Shown one piece after another: positions 1-13,603 of a stretch of DNA of 64,000 nt (positions are counted from its first letter, which is position 1; every line of letters starts with the position of its first letter). Both the position numbers and the translations under genes were made by a program. Location: positions 496,001 through 560,000 of the forward strand of contig LSRY02000020.1 in NCBI GenBank assembly GCA_001643675.2, given 5' to 3'. The notes under the pieces are model-generated. The model was not told where the DNA came from and ran no database searches. It was given only the letters and a program-made list of their open reading frames with translations. The stretch is from Monocercomonoides exilis PA203 (lineage: Eukaryota; Protista; Preaxostyla).

Positions 1-670
1 CAACGATTTTCTGTACCTCTTCCTGGTTCAAATTTGAGTGAAGCGTTTTCTGCTGTTAAACCTTATCCACAACCATGTTTCCGTGCTTTGACATCTCCAA
101 TTGGAGAATCTGCACTCATCACAGCAGGTTCTGATAGAGTTATACGGCTTGTCCTTTGCATTTCATTGCTATGTTTCAAGCTTAATTTTTAATCACAAAA
201 TGTTTTCGTTTGTGTTTGATTCAAACATTTATTTGATGTAAATTATTGAATTGTACAGACATTGGAGTTGGGATGATGACGGACGAGTAACATCCACCAG
301 AATTACTCACAAGAATCCACGATGTGGTCTCATCGATGAGTCAGAGGGTTCAACTACACATGTTGTTGAATGTTTGTCTTTTCTTTCCTCATCCACTTTT
401 AAATAACTTTATATATATATTTTTTTCTAACCAAAAATATTTTGTTTGTTTTCTGTGTATGATGACAAATCAGATGACTCGTCGCTGAGCAGCATTGACA
501 CGGATTCAGCTGCCGATGATGCAGGGCTTGGAAGTGAATATGCCTTTGAAGAAGACGACTGGTCTAACCACCAGGACTGCATCACGTGCTTAACTCTTGT
601 TGATAATAAGCTAATCTCTGCCTCGCGCGACGGCTCTTTGATTGTGTGGGGCAGAGACAAAGAGAGATAG
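1..670 (+). CDS. VPS15: 3' end of a WD40 protein, Vps15/PIK3R4-like (5' part outside the window); exons 1-146, 259-371, 474-670
   Basis: The spliced translation gives LITAGSDRVIRHW and NHQDCITCLTLVDNKLISASRDGSLIVWG. These resemble the last Vps15 WD repeats (LLTAGSDxxIRxWD; HxDxITD...TASRDGxVKVW). The introns 147-258 (GC-AG) and 372-473 (GT-AG) keep the frame. Confidence 0.6.
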
Positions 671-1028
671 TTATTATTTATTATGCTTTGTTTCAATTAT
701 TTTATTTGTGTATTATGTTGTTTGTATATATTCTTTTTTCGTTTGTATAATTGATGATGTCAAATTAAAAAAAATACATAAAACAATCGAAAAACAAAAA
801 GAGAAAAGCTAATCGTTATGGTAAAAAGTAAGACAACAACTGAAACAGTAATCTAATAAAAATCTCAACGTTCAGCCAAGTAGTGACTGTGCAACTACAA
901 AATTATTAAGCTAAAGGTAAATACATCAAATAAAAATAAAATACAGACCCAAAAAAATAATAAAATATGATTTGAAATTATAATGACTAAAAATTTGTGT
1001 GTGAAATGGAGTGAAATGATTTTTTTTT

Positions 1029-4000
1029 TTACATAACTGCAGCTTCGTCCATATCATCATCGTCGTCATCGTCATCGCTGTCGATGTCTTCCAAAATGAT
1101 ATTCTTCTCTTTTGCGTAGTGTGCTGCAAACACTTTGTCCATCGAGCTGAAGTGCTCGTGCAATACAGTTCCAAAGATATTCACGGCGCCAAAAGCGATG
1201 CTGTCTTCTCTATTTCTCAAAATAGAACACAAAATTGTCAGACGCTGTCTCAGACGCAGATGCTCCTTTGCATGCTCCTTCCTGTCTTCTTCTGGGTAGT
1301 TTGACTCCACCATCATCTTTTCCTCTGAAAGGAAGACTTGCTTCGTCTGCAGAAGAAGCTCGTTGCTCAAAGAGCGAAGTTCTGTTTTTGGTGAATATGA
1401 GACAACCGAGTCATACATTTGGGCAATGACTTCAAGTAGCTTCTTTCTGGGCGTGTCAATCTGAGCAACGCCAGTCTTCATTTCTGTGGAAAGTTCGATG
1501 TGCTCAGTGAGCGAGGAAGGAATGAGCTGCTTCAGATGCATCGTCTCAAGCGCCATAGAAGACATAAGTCGCTTGAAGGGGATTATAAACACGGCAAACG
1601 CACATACAAGGAAGACCAATTCAACAGCCAAGCAAGCAATGGTCGTTGTTGTGACTTTTGTGAATGATTCTTCAAGCGAATGGAAAAAGCCACGTGTATA
1701 TAGATCATATTGTGCAGCCAGATCATACATTGCAGCTGTTGTTATAAATCCATAGTTTCTGTTCTGAGGCGTCAATGCCCCACTCAAATTGAGACCCACC
1801 TGCACCATCTTCCTGTCAAACCGTGCAGACATCAAGCCGAATGAAAAGAACATGTCATATCCAGATATCCTGCCATCCACACAGTCATCTTTGTTCTCCA
1901 ATGGGCAGTTATCTTCACCATCAGCCCCTTTGAATATGATGCTTGTTACTTCGGGTGAGCACTCCACAGTCGCCACATCCAGCTTCGAATCCGTCGTCCA
2001 TCCTGTTTTCTTCCCAGTTCCAGATATAACAGCATTCGTCACAGACGTCAAAGTGTCGTAAGATTTTCCCAAAACTTCAGAAAGCAGTGGAACAGAAGTT
2101 GAAAGATGATCAAACCCGCAATAGACATCGCTGGTGCACCAGCCGTCTGGCATCTCAGGCTGTTTTGTGAGTGTAATCTCGCCTTTGTGGAAGACTGTCG
2201 ACTGGAGTAACAAGATCGTCTGATAGAATTGTATTTCTCTGTATCCAGACAGCATCACAGAAGACGAGACAGTTCCAACATTGACCACAAACACCAAAAG
2301 AATCACAGAGAACACAATGCCCACAACAAGGAAAATTGCAATCATCAGCGCCATTCTGATAATATGTGACGCTGTGATGACTGATGGAAGGCTTTTATAC
2401 GAAGCAATGGACTTCTGCACAGCCTTTGTGAGCATGTCAATCCATTCATCGTCCTGCACTTTGTTCATGACTGCTCCATTCATTTTCCCATCTTCTTTCT
2501 CCTCTTCCTCTGCAAACGTATATGCTGTTGCTGCAGCTGGATTCACTGGAGCTGCAACTTGCACACTTGTCGGCACTTCTGGTTCTGAATTACGCTGATT
2601 CTTCTGTTTTCCTTTGCTTTTGGATTTGCCTTGCTTTGATCTGTTTGGTGAATTGCGAGGCGGGTTCTTCACAGAGCGATTTCCTCCCTTTTGCTTCGGA
2701 GACCTTGGTGCATTGCGATGTCTGTTATCATCATTGTCCGCAAATTGATCATCGCTCTCTTCAAAATCTGTTGAGTTTGATTCAGCAGCACTCCGTTTTG
2801 GCTTGCGTTTTTGGTGTGTTCGCTGCATTTCAATCTCTTTCCTTGATCTGTCATTCAACTTGCGTGGCTTACTGCTTCTGTTCGGACTCTCCCAGTCATC
2901 ATCGCCATCCACATCATATTCAGAATACTCATCTTCATCTGGTCCAGTTTCTCTCTTATCTCGTGAAGCTTCTCTTCCTCTGCCTCCTTTTGTTTTAGCT
3001 TTGCCATCATTTCTCTTTCCTTCGCCGCTTTGTCTCTTTTTGGCCTGTGCTACACCTTCTTCATCGTTCCACTGCCTGTCAAAGTCATCACTGTTTCGGT
3101 AGTCATCTTTTTGCCTGATGTTACCTTTCTTCTTTTCTGTTTCTTTTGAACTGCCCTCCTTTTTGCCTTCATGATGGTCCGATTTTTGCATGCGTTTTAA
3201 TTCTTCCTCAGAGGTTCGTTTTTCGTCTGCCATTGCAGACACAAGCTCAGACTGCGAGTTTTGTTTTTCTCCATTGATCAACGAGCCATTGGTGGGTGGA
3301 GGAAGCATCGTAAAGACGGGCCCTGTCTGATGCGTGTTTGACGGTGTGCCTGACTGCATGTGCATGTAATACTTCTGAGAGGCATAGTAAGGCATCGGCT
3401 GCATCATCATCATCGGCTGAGGCGACTGCTGCCCATTCGACTGCATTGGCCACATCGACGGGTCGTATGCAGGCACCATGATGGGAGCTCCATTCATCGG
3501 CGACGCTGCATTCACTCCACTCGCACTGTTTGTCGGATTCATGCCATCCATCTCTCTCACTGAGGCAATGCTGTCTCTGCGTGCATCGTCCCCTTCTGCT
3601 CCAACTTGGCGCGCATTTGGCGAAGGCCCCGGTGAATCCACTTGCTCATATCGTTCGCCCTGTGGTGGCATCTGATTGAACGGCGGTCCGACCATCATCT
3701 GCATGGGATAGGAGGATGGGCTGTATGGGCCAGAAGACATTCCCATGTTCATTCCCATGTTCATGTTCATGCCCATCCCCATTGGCATAGGCATCCCCAT
3801 CTGCATCTGTGGAGAGAAGTTCGTAGGAAACGTCAGATAGATTGGCTGCCCTTGCATCTGCATTGGAGTGGTTGTGTTTGATGGAGATGGTGCGGAAGAG
3901 GAGTGTGCAGGTGTGGATGAAATGTGTGGAGGTACAGATGTGTTGAATTCAGACTTTTGAGAAGAATATGATGTCTCGTTCGATGGTGGAAGTTGCCCAT

Positions 4001-7000
4001 GAAGAGGTGCATTTTCATCAGAGGCAGACAATGTATGTGTCAATGTTGCATTTGCCGATTCTTGTGTTGGAGTCATATTTTGAGTGTGCGATTGCTTGGA
4101 AGACGAATTGGTGCTATTGCGAGAAAGCTCTTGTGGAACACCATCAGCCACATCCGACTGCAGTGGAGCAGGTGGAGAAGAAGGAGACTTCGGAACATTC
4201 ACTTTGTTTGCATCCATTTCGTCAATAAGTGTCAAATTCTTTGGTACAGCGTTTGCGTTCTTCTTCTTCTTCTTCTTCTTCTTTTTCTTCTTTCCGTCTG
4301 CTGTGTAGAAGTACTCAAACTTCGGTGAGTCTGTCTGCACTGACTGAGACACTTCCAAAGTCCCCGAGGATTTCGAGGTCGACAAAGAGGCTGCATACGA
4401 AGAGCGCTGCGTTGTTGTTTCCGTTTCCTTCGCAGATGACGAGTGTGTTATGATTGGAATGGGCTGCATGGAAGTTTGTTGAGTAGCAGATGAATCAGAT
4501 GTAGCTTCTTTCGAGTGTTTATCAGCCTCTGCCTCTGTATCTTTCTCGTTTGCTTCACTGGACGCTTTCTCCTTTTGTTGTGTTGGCTGTTCAAATACAT
4601 CTGAGTCTTGCTTCTTATCAATTTCATCATTTGGCATTTCTGTAAATTCTTCCCGGTCAAACATGTTCCTCGGAGAAGACGAATTCTGAGGCTTTTCATT
4701 TGCTTGCAGCTCGCTTCGTGATGCGTTCGGGCTGGCCATATCTTCCACATTCAATGGCTTAACCATTGTTAGTTCTTCGCTATCCTCTTCTGCTGCATCA
4801 CTTTCTGTTTTAGCTCCTGCGCTTTCCATTTTCTGTTCTTCATCCTTCGAATCCAATCTGTTCAAACTCTTCCCTTCATCTTCCAATGAACTCACTTCAT
4901 CATCAATCTTTTCCTTCTCCTCTTCTTCAAACATCAATCTGCTTTCTGACTCAGCCGAATGTATCGTCTCTTCCTTTTTCGCTGAAGATGGACGACGCTG
5001 CATCTCTTCATTTGGCTCAAATGAATGTGGCGATTGATTGCCAGCTGTGTCTGTTTCACTTTCAGTTGACAAGCCCTCACCAGCAGAGGAAGGAGACAGC
5101 GACGCAGCCTTCTGGTGCTGCGATAAATACGATGTCAGATGGTCTGTTTGCCCAATCAGTGGAGGATTCTCCTCGTTTGGCTCAAACTTCGCACCCAGCT
5201 GCTGTTCCTCGGCTGTCTGTGATGGCTGTGCCATTTGATCAGCAGCATCCAACGAGAAGTTTGGCATGTCTGTTCGGAACGGCTGCATCGACATCGAATG
5301 AACAGAGGCAGAGGGACTGATGGATGTCGAAGGCACACCCGATCGATCGTAGGAAACAGGTGGATAGATGACTGGAGCTGCTACTACGCCCTGGCTATAT
5401 CTTCCTCCTGTCATCACCTCAGACGGACTTACTTTCCCACTTGTAGCAAGAGGAAAGATCACTTCCTGTGATTGTGCATGTGTGTCGTCATCAAAGCGCA
5501 GATCGAGGTGGTTGTCATCCGCATTGTTCTGTGCAGTATTGCTAATACCTCCACCACTGCCACCTCCTCCTCCCTCTGTCGCATCAGCCATCCCATCCAT
5601 ACTTCTGACAGACTGATGGCGCGATACAAAGCTGTTTGGCCCATTCGCATCCAAATTCTGCTCTGCACCTCCTGTCTCGCTGGCAAGGCCATGATGCGAT
5701 ATTCCCCCCGCAGACTCGCTGATGGAGGCAGCACGAGCAGCGTCTTCCTGGTCAGAAGAGAGCAGTGCAATGGAGATTTGGTGGATGTATGACTTGGGGA
5801 TGACAAGGAGCTGGTGGAACGCACGCTTCCGCTGTCTGTTCATGATGATAAGGGCAATCATGATGATCAGCACAGACGCTGCACTCAGCTCGAACCAGAA
5901 GGCGATGTATGTGACATAAATGCACACGCGGACAAAAGAAAGAGAGCGGTTGACTCTCGCATTGAACTGCAGATTGGCCCGCTTCACACTCTCAATCACG
6001 ACTGAAGGGAAATTGATGATCACATTCGACAGCTTCGAAAAATATGACTTCTCAAGCAAAGTATCAACTCGTGCCACGTCGTGTGCATTGTATGCAAATG
6101 ACCTGACAGCATCATACAGCCCACGGTTGATGATGTACTCATCATCCACAAGAAGTGTGTCGCCTGAATACGACGCCTGCACCAAGTTCACGTCCTGCAG
6201 CTCCCACGGGTCGAAGTACTCACCGTCGAAGATTGCCACCAGCTTTCCCAGGATGGCCTGGCTCTGCTGCTCCAGATTGTCCTTCAGCTTCTCTTCGGTC
6301 GGGAACCATGTAGGAAGCAGGCTCTGGTCAGAGGCATAGAGTGGATGCACCCTCACCATCAGCATCTTCGAAGAAAGCGCAATTTCGCCGACTTTTGAGA
6401 TGACATTCGCCATCGTGTGCATCGACTCAGCATGGATGTGGGCATACTCCAAGTTGTACTTCACAATGAAGTAACCTGCAATGACATCAGCAATAAACAG
6501 GAAGAATATCAAGATCTGTACCGGATAATACGCAGGCAGCGACAGCTCTCCTCTTCTGTGTGTTCCGCCTTCGTCAGCCTGCACCTGCTCCAGCAGCTGC
6601 ATACGGTGCTGCGCTTTCTTCTTCTTCCGCTGCTTCTGCTTCCTCCTCCTCTGAATAGACGATCTGTCTGACGTGCCTGATGCCCCATCACCCAAGTTGG
6701 TGCGTGAAGCAGTCATTGAGAACGTGTCGCCGTTGTCTTCGTCGATCTGATCAGCACGCTGCTGGTACACTTCAGCCGCATCGTCGTCTCGATAGATCTC
6801 TCTCAGCAGAGACGCATAGCCCCGCAGGACTGCTGTGGAGGTTGGATGCGACGCCAGCAGCTCTTCGTAGTTGTCTCTCGCTTTCTTCTCGTTCTCGATG
6901 ATCCGCCGGAGTATCTCTGGGATCGCCTCGTAGTTCACTTTTGGGCGCAGCAGGTTGTTCCAAAACTCCTTCGTCCACATCTTGGCCTCTTCGTGGTGCT

Positions 7001-9026
7001 TCTGCGCTGTCTCCAGCATCTGCCTTGCAGATACAGATGCCAATCCTCCACTCCCACCCGCACTGCCTCCTGCACTGCCTGTTGACATGAGGTCCATCCC
7101 GCTGCCAAAGGTGCCCATCGACATCGTCATCGACATCGTGCCTGTCTTTCCATTGTCGTCAAGCAAATCATCGCCCTTTGCTGACGCCTCGTTTGCCTCT
7201 TCCACTGCGTTCTTGAAGTGCGAGTATATCACAAACTTCACAAAGACGTTGTTTGTCATCGCTCGTGCCCTGCGCAGGATGGTGTCGCCTTTCAGCTGGT
7301 GCTTGCGGAAGAGCTGGGTGAACAGCCCGTACTGCATCATCATCTGCGCATGGCTCGGGTGTGTGTGGAGGGCAATCCGGTAGATCAAGTCTGCATACTG
7401 CACATTCTCGGGGTCTCTGTTCTTCTTCTCCTGGAGGAACCTCAATCCAAGTTCAACAAGAAGCGTTGAGCGGAATTTTGGTAGCTGTTTTTCTGCATCG
7501 TCTGATGAGATGTCGACAAGCGGGTGGCCATCCGGTGTGATGAGAAGGAGCTTGTGCTGTCTGTGGCGGAGGACAATGCACAAGACAATTGAAGTGACTA
7601 AGGCAAAACATAACATCACTACCCAGAGAATAATATAGTTTGTTGGATTGCCGTTCATGAAATAACCTGATATAATTTATATTTGACATAAAAGTTGGGT
7701 AAAAAAAGCATAACACAAAAATAGAAAAATGTATAACGTTGTTCAAAAATTGAAGTTTAAAACTTCGACAAACTTAATTCGCATGTCAGCCTCACAATCC
7801 AATAAAAGTTCAGTTGGACCAACAGCCACATGTTTCTGGGGAGTCTGTGATATGGAATGCAATAAAAGATAGCGATGATCATTGCAAGTGTTGGTGCAAT
7901 GGTTAATATTGATCTCCATCCTCTGTCTGTTGGTGTGACACGCATCACAACAGCCTGCATTGTGAGGAAAACAGAATATGCTCCGTTGAAATAGAAGTTG
8001 AATGTCGAATTGAGCCCGCCGTGCTTTTGGTTCAGGCGAAGGATAAAGAATCCGTAGATGCTGCTCCAAATTGCAAAGGCAAGAAACATTATCATGTTGA
8101 AAACAGTTAAGACAATGTGCTCAGTTCCCCTTAAAGGAAATATATTTTTTTAAAAAAAAATTCAGAAAATTATGATCATTTTTCATAGATATTTTAAGAA
8201 TACAAAGGAAAAATACAATGAAAACTCCAATTGAAATATTTGAAAAACACTTTCATACCAGCATTCAGTGGTTGTAGATGCTCTCATATAGCCGTCAACG
8301 CAATCCAATGAAGATAAAAGCGTTGAAAAAAACGGTATAACTCTATATGGGAATTTTTAAACATTAAAATTAAAATAAAAAAACAACTGTACATACAAAA
8401 TTGATTGTGTAACAGAAACTATATTTCGATAAACTCTACGAATCCAAGGAGCTGTGGCCAAAATTTTCTGTGCACATTTGAAAAATAAATTAATATAAAC
8501 CGATGGAAATGATGTTTCAAACTTTATAAGACGCTGCCACAATAAAAAGCATCGAAATATACAAAAAAATGTACGCGAGTATAATAACAGAAAACACCAG
8601 GAATCCAAGTTGAAACAAGCTCATGTAATAACTCCCTTCCAATATTCCAAAAACCTGTTTTGTTAATATTTATAGTAATTGCAAAAAATGCAAAAGAAAG
8701 AAAAATACCAAATTTACTGCAGAAACTCCATTAAAGTTTATTCCGTACATTGCCAATGAAAGTAATTGAATAGTCTCTATTATCCATGATAAAATAGTCC
8801 ACTTTCTTTCTCTATGTCTCGTCTAAAATTTCAAAAATAGATAAATTCATAAAGAAAGAAAAACAAGACATTTCAGAAATATATCTTCTGAAAATTACTA
8901 AAAAACAATTCAAACTTGATCATATAATGGATAAATTACAAAAAAAGCAATTTCCTCGAATTTTGTCGGCTTATCCGACAAAAGATCGGCTTCAGCGCCT
9001 GTTGGCCGATAATTCCGTTCGCTCAT
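1029..9026 (-). CDS. TmcB/TmcC-like multi-pass membrane protein with TPR-like region, very long disordered loop and C-terminal hemerythrin-like domain; multi-exon 5' end
   Basis: ATG at 9026 (MSERNYRPTGAEADLLSDKPTKFEEIAFFVIYPLYDQ), followed by several hydrophobic exons (7757-8900) and the 2209-aa ORF. The ORF contains a TmcB/C TPR-like block (HHEEAKMWTKEFWNNLL...ARDNYEELLASHPTSTAVLRGYASLLREIYRD), further TM helices, and a terminal TGVAQID...FLSEEKMM...YP...HAKEH...HFSSMD hemerythrin pattern. Confidence 0.75.
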
Positions 9027-9331
9027 CAAAGTTACAATGTGGAAAAGTTGTTATTATAAAATAATAAAAAATAACCAGTCAGAAATATGTGAATGAAGTA
9101 AATTCTATGACTGTTTAAAAAGCTGTAAGTGTTTTAGAATTATTCTTTTCCCATACTTTTTAAATTTCATCATAAAAAATTAACTGCTTATTAAATAATT
9201 GAATATGTTTTTGCAATAGGAAATGGAATGATTGGTGAAAACACGCGAGTATTATTTTCAAAAATTAAAAGTAAATTAAAAAAATATTTTTTAAAAAATA
9301 GAAAGAAAAGAAAAGGTGGAATTGAATATAA

Positions 9332-12300
9332 TTACAATTCTTGCTCAATATCTTCGACTTCTGGTTGAGGTGTGTCTGTAGTGTCATCATTGTTCTGAAG
9401 AATTTCATCGTACCCGCCTTCTTCCTGAAGCTTCTTCTTCTTCTTTTCTTCTCTCTTTGCCTTTTCTTTCTTCAGCTTTTCCTTCTCCTTCGCTTTTCTC
9501 TCCTCTCTTTCTCTCCTCTCTTTCTCATATTTCTCTTTCCTTCTCTTTGCATCGCTCTCTTTGATCATATCTTCCGCTCTCTTCTCAATCCTCTGCATCT
9601 CTTCAGTGATATCAGCGCTGGTTTGCCTCAAATCTTCACCAGGCTTAATCGACTTATAGTCAGTCTCCTGCTCCTTCAGCCAGTTCATGCCTTCATCCAA
9701 AACAGCCTCCATCTCATCTGCCTCTGCATCAGTCATCGTGCCAGCCACCACAGCCTCGTCCTGCTTCTCCTTCATCTTCGACACCATGTCCCTGAACTTC
9801 TTCACAGCCATCGGAAACGCACTCCTCTCCTTCAGCTTCAGATCCATCATGTTGCAAGCTTTCTCTGCAACTGACTGCTTCTCCTTCAAAACACCCATCA
9901 CATAATCCATCTCCTTCTGCAGTGCATCGTCGCTGCTGGCTTCTGTCCCAACGGGCTCTCCTTTCTCTTTTTTCTCTCTTTCTTCCTTCAGAATCTTCTC
10001 TCTCATCAAAAGTGGGTCTGTAAGTGAAACACCTTCGTCTTCAAGCCACAATCCAATATCGTTCAGCTCCTTCATCGCATTGTCAATCTGCTCTTCCAAT
10101 GCCAACCCTTTCAGAAGCTCTGCTTTGTGTATGTCAAGCTTCTCCTTCATCTCAAACACATATGACTCCAACCTGTTGCGTGCCTCTGCAATTTTTTCCT
10201 TCTCCTTCTCGTAAATCTCAAACCTCTCCAATCTCTTCTTAGCTGCTTTGATCTGCTTCTTGGTCATTGGGTAGTAGTGATATGAGTCGTCTGGGCGATA
10301 CACAAAGTCATATCTGCAGCCAAACTGACACGATGAAGCAGCTGAGCCTTCTTTCTCTGATGGCTTGTTCTCGTTCTCGCTCTTCTTCTTCTCACACAGC
10401 TCTTTCCACTCATTCGAATCTTCAATATCTTCCTGGCGGTTCAATCTGTGGAGCTCCAACGCCATTCTACGCTTCACATACTTCTTCTTCTTCTTCTTCT
10501 TTTCGGCTTGTTGTGCTTCTTTGTTTGCAGCAGCCTCCTCAACTTTCTTCTCCTCTTTCTTTGCCTTCTCTTCTTCAGCCTCATCATCAAACTTCTCTGT
10601 CTCTTCCTCTTCCTCTGGATTCGGCTTCTTTGCTGCCTGATCGTTTTCTGGCACTTTCTCTCCAACAACGTCGAGTGTCGCCTTCTTCACTCGCAGCACT
10701 CCGTCTCTTCCGATCTCAACCACAACACGCGTTGCCCAATCGACAGTGTTGCTGAACAAGCCAAGAGATGAGCCTGATCCAACAACTTTCACCTTCAGTA
10801 GATTTCCGGTGACGCCAACAGGAACACTTTCTGAGCGGAGCTTCGGGCAGCCACTGCAGTTTGTGTTGGCTTTGTCTTTGTCTTTGCAGCAGCAGCAGCA
10901 CTGGGCATAATCGAATGAGAGGGTGTATGCAGATGTACGTGGAATGATAAGAGTCTTTTTCAGCGGAAGTGTCTCTCCAACACGCACAACAACGGCGTGT
11001 GTGGCATCGTCTGGAATGTACACTCCATCATCGGTGTCCATTCCGCACTCGCCATAAAGAGGCGACTTCTCTGAAGGCAGACGCAGTGATTTGTCGAGTG
11101 CGTTCTTGTCCTCCTCTGGTTTGGCTTCGTTGTTCTTCAGTGTGCCGCCAATGATGTCTCTGATACGCACAACAATCTCGCGCTGAGCACGCTCAACCAG
11201 CTTAACGCCTTTCAGTCTGTATCTCTCCACAAGTGTGGCTGCATACATTGTCGATCCCAATGCAGCAGCTTCGTCGACATTCAGAAGTCTGCCAAGCTCT
11301 GTCTTGTTGAACACAGACAGCGCAATTGATTGCAGCCCTGGAATTCTCATGGAGCCACCCATCATCTGCACTACAACTGATGACAATGGAACTTTTGACT
11401 CGACCTCCCATTCAGGATGTGTCTTGTTCAGAGTCCAGTATTTGGCAACCATCTCTTCGCACAGCAGGCGGAAGCGGTTAAACAAGGGACGCGCGATCTC
11501 TTCCAGTTGCTCTTTCTTGATGCAGAAGTGGAATTCTGGCAGCTCAGGAAGCAAATCATCCAAAGTGCCATGATATTCAGGTGACACTGTAAGCATTTCT
11601 TTTGCACCAGATGCGATTTTCGTGATGTATGGAACGATTGAGGGAGAGTCAAGGAGACGACGGCATTTCGGTCCTGGATACTTCTTCTTCTCTGCCTCTT
11701 CAGCAGAAAGTGGAGGATTCAAAGGTGTTGGCAAAACTCTCTTTCTATGCTTGTGATCTCTTTCCTCATCCAAAGCTTGCTTTTGTTGTTTTTCCTCCTC
11801 TGTATCGAGATATGGTCTGCATTCTCCGTATTTCTCAACTTCTTCAGGTGCAGCTTGTTTGTGGAATTCGCGGATAAGATGATCAGCGATGAGTGCATCA
11901 AACTGCCTTCCTCCAAGTGATTCGTCTGTAACAGTAAGCAGCACATCCATCTTTCCTGTATGCTTTTCTGGGTCAAAGCCTTCGTCCAATGAAAAGCCTT
12001 TCACTTTCTTGCTTTTACCTGCTCCAGCTTTTCTCGATTTGCGGATCGTGCGTATCTCATGAAGCCTCTTCTTTCTCTCCTCACGCAACTTCTTCTTCTT
12101 CTGGCGCTCTTCTTGCTTCTTCATATAAGCCTGAAGATCATCGTTGTTCCTAATGTTGATGGTTTCCGAAACAACCTCTTCCTCTTCATCATCTTCAGCA
12201 ATTTCTCTTTCAAGTCTCTTTCTCTCCTCTCTTTCTTCAGGAGTTTCTGCTGCTAAATCTTCATCATCGTCATCATCGTCATCTTCCTCTTCCTCTTCCT

Positions 12301-13241
12301 CTTCTTTCTTCTTTCTGGCTTCTTCTTCCTCTTTCTTTCTTTTCTCCTCCTCTTCTTTCTTTCTCTTTGCTTCGGCTACTTTTTCTTTCTTTGTTTTTTT
12401 CTCTTCTTTTTCTGTGACATTTGGCTTGGGGAATTCGTATCTCACCAAAGAAATAGATGTTTGGCTTCCTCCCATATCAATAAATACAACATTTCTTGCT
12501 GAGCTTTGCTCTTCTTTTGACTTATCTTCAGCATCTTTTTGCGCAGTTTCATTTACGGGAGCTGCTGCTTCTTCGCTCATTGTTCTGGAACGTTCCATTC
12601 CATATTGATATGCAGCTGCATCATTTGAAGTAATCAATCCCATTACATTCAAATCAGCAATTTTGGCCGCATCAAGAAGAGCTTGACGCTGACTTTGAGT
12701 AAAATAGGCTGGGATGGTAATTACAACATCTTTGATTAAAACATCATTTGATTTATATGTTGTTTGTTGCGCTTGCTGAAGAATAAGAGCAGCAAGATCT
12801 TCAACTGGAATTGGCTCTTCAACATTCGAAGCATTGAAAAGCAGAGTTCCACGTTGCTCATCGAGTTCGTAATGAGGATGAGGATAAGGGTACGCCAGTC
12901 TAGGAGGTAATGAATACCTTCCGAGAAGTTGAATTATGTTGTTTGCAGTCTGTCGAGACTGTCTTGCTGTCTGGAGAAATAAATAGAATTTGTTCAATAT
13001 TCGATATGCTAAAAATTGATCAGACCTTTGATGCTGCACGTACGCCAGCAAATCGTTCAAGTCCATCAATTGTAACCAATGCTGGTGTTATACGCTTCTC
13101 ATTTTCATTCCGAACAACAGTGATCGGTTTCCCGGATTTTAACAGTCCAAATGAAAGGAAATTGGAACCTAAATCGATTCCAATCACATTAGCATAACTG
13201 AAAGAAAGTCCTAGCAAAATTGCCATAAAAAAGACTTTCAT
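9332..13241 (-). CDS. HYOU1: ER luminal Hsp70-family chaperone/nucleotide-exchange factor, GRP170/HYOU1/Lhs1-like; intron 12971-13025
   Basis: Signal peptide MKVFFMAILLGLSFSYA, then VIGIDLGS, ENEKRITP, DVVITIPAYF..SQRQALLDAAKIA, FIDMGG, LGGRQFD, MGGSMRIP, LNVDEAAALG, EARNRLESYVF. The C-terminus is EQEL, a KDEL-like signal. Confidence 0.88.
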
Positions 13242-13603
13242 ATTAAAATGTTCTTTGGTGGTCATCTCTTCCCTTTCCAAGATCAATACATATATATTAT
13301 TCAAAATTTTTTGAATTATGACAAAATCATTGAAGTTTGCTGACGTTATCATTGAACAGATGTTCAATTATTTTATCATTATAGAGAAATAATTCAATTT
13401 TCGGAAACCCCTTTATTTTTTTGGAGATAAACGTTTATTGAAGAATTTTTGTTTTCTTTGCGCGAGATAAGGTTTAATGATAATTATAATTAATCGAAAT
13501 TTTAATTGAAATTTTATTTTTAATAAAATGAAGCAACTTTTTAGCAAATTACACTTTTGATAGAGCATATTGAAGAATTTATTTAGATTTCTGCAAAATA
13601 TCA

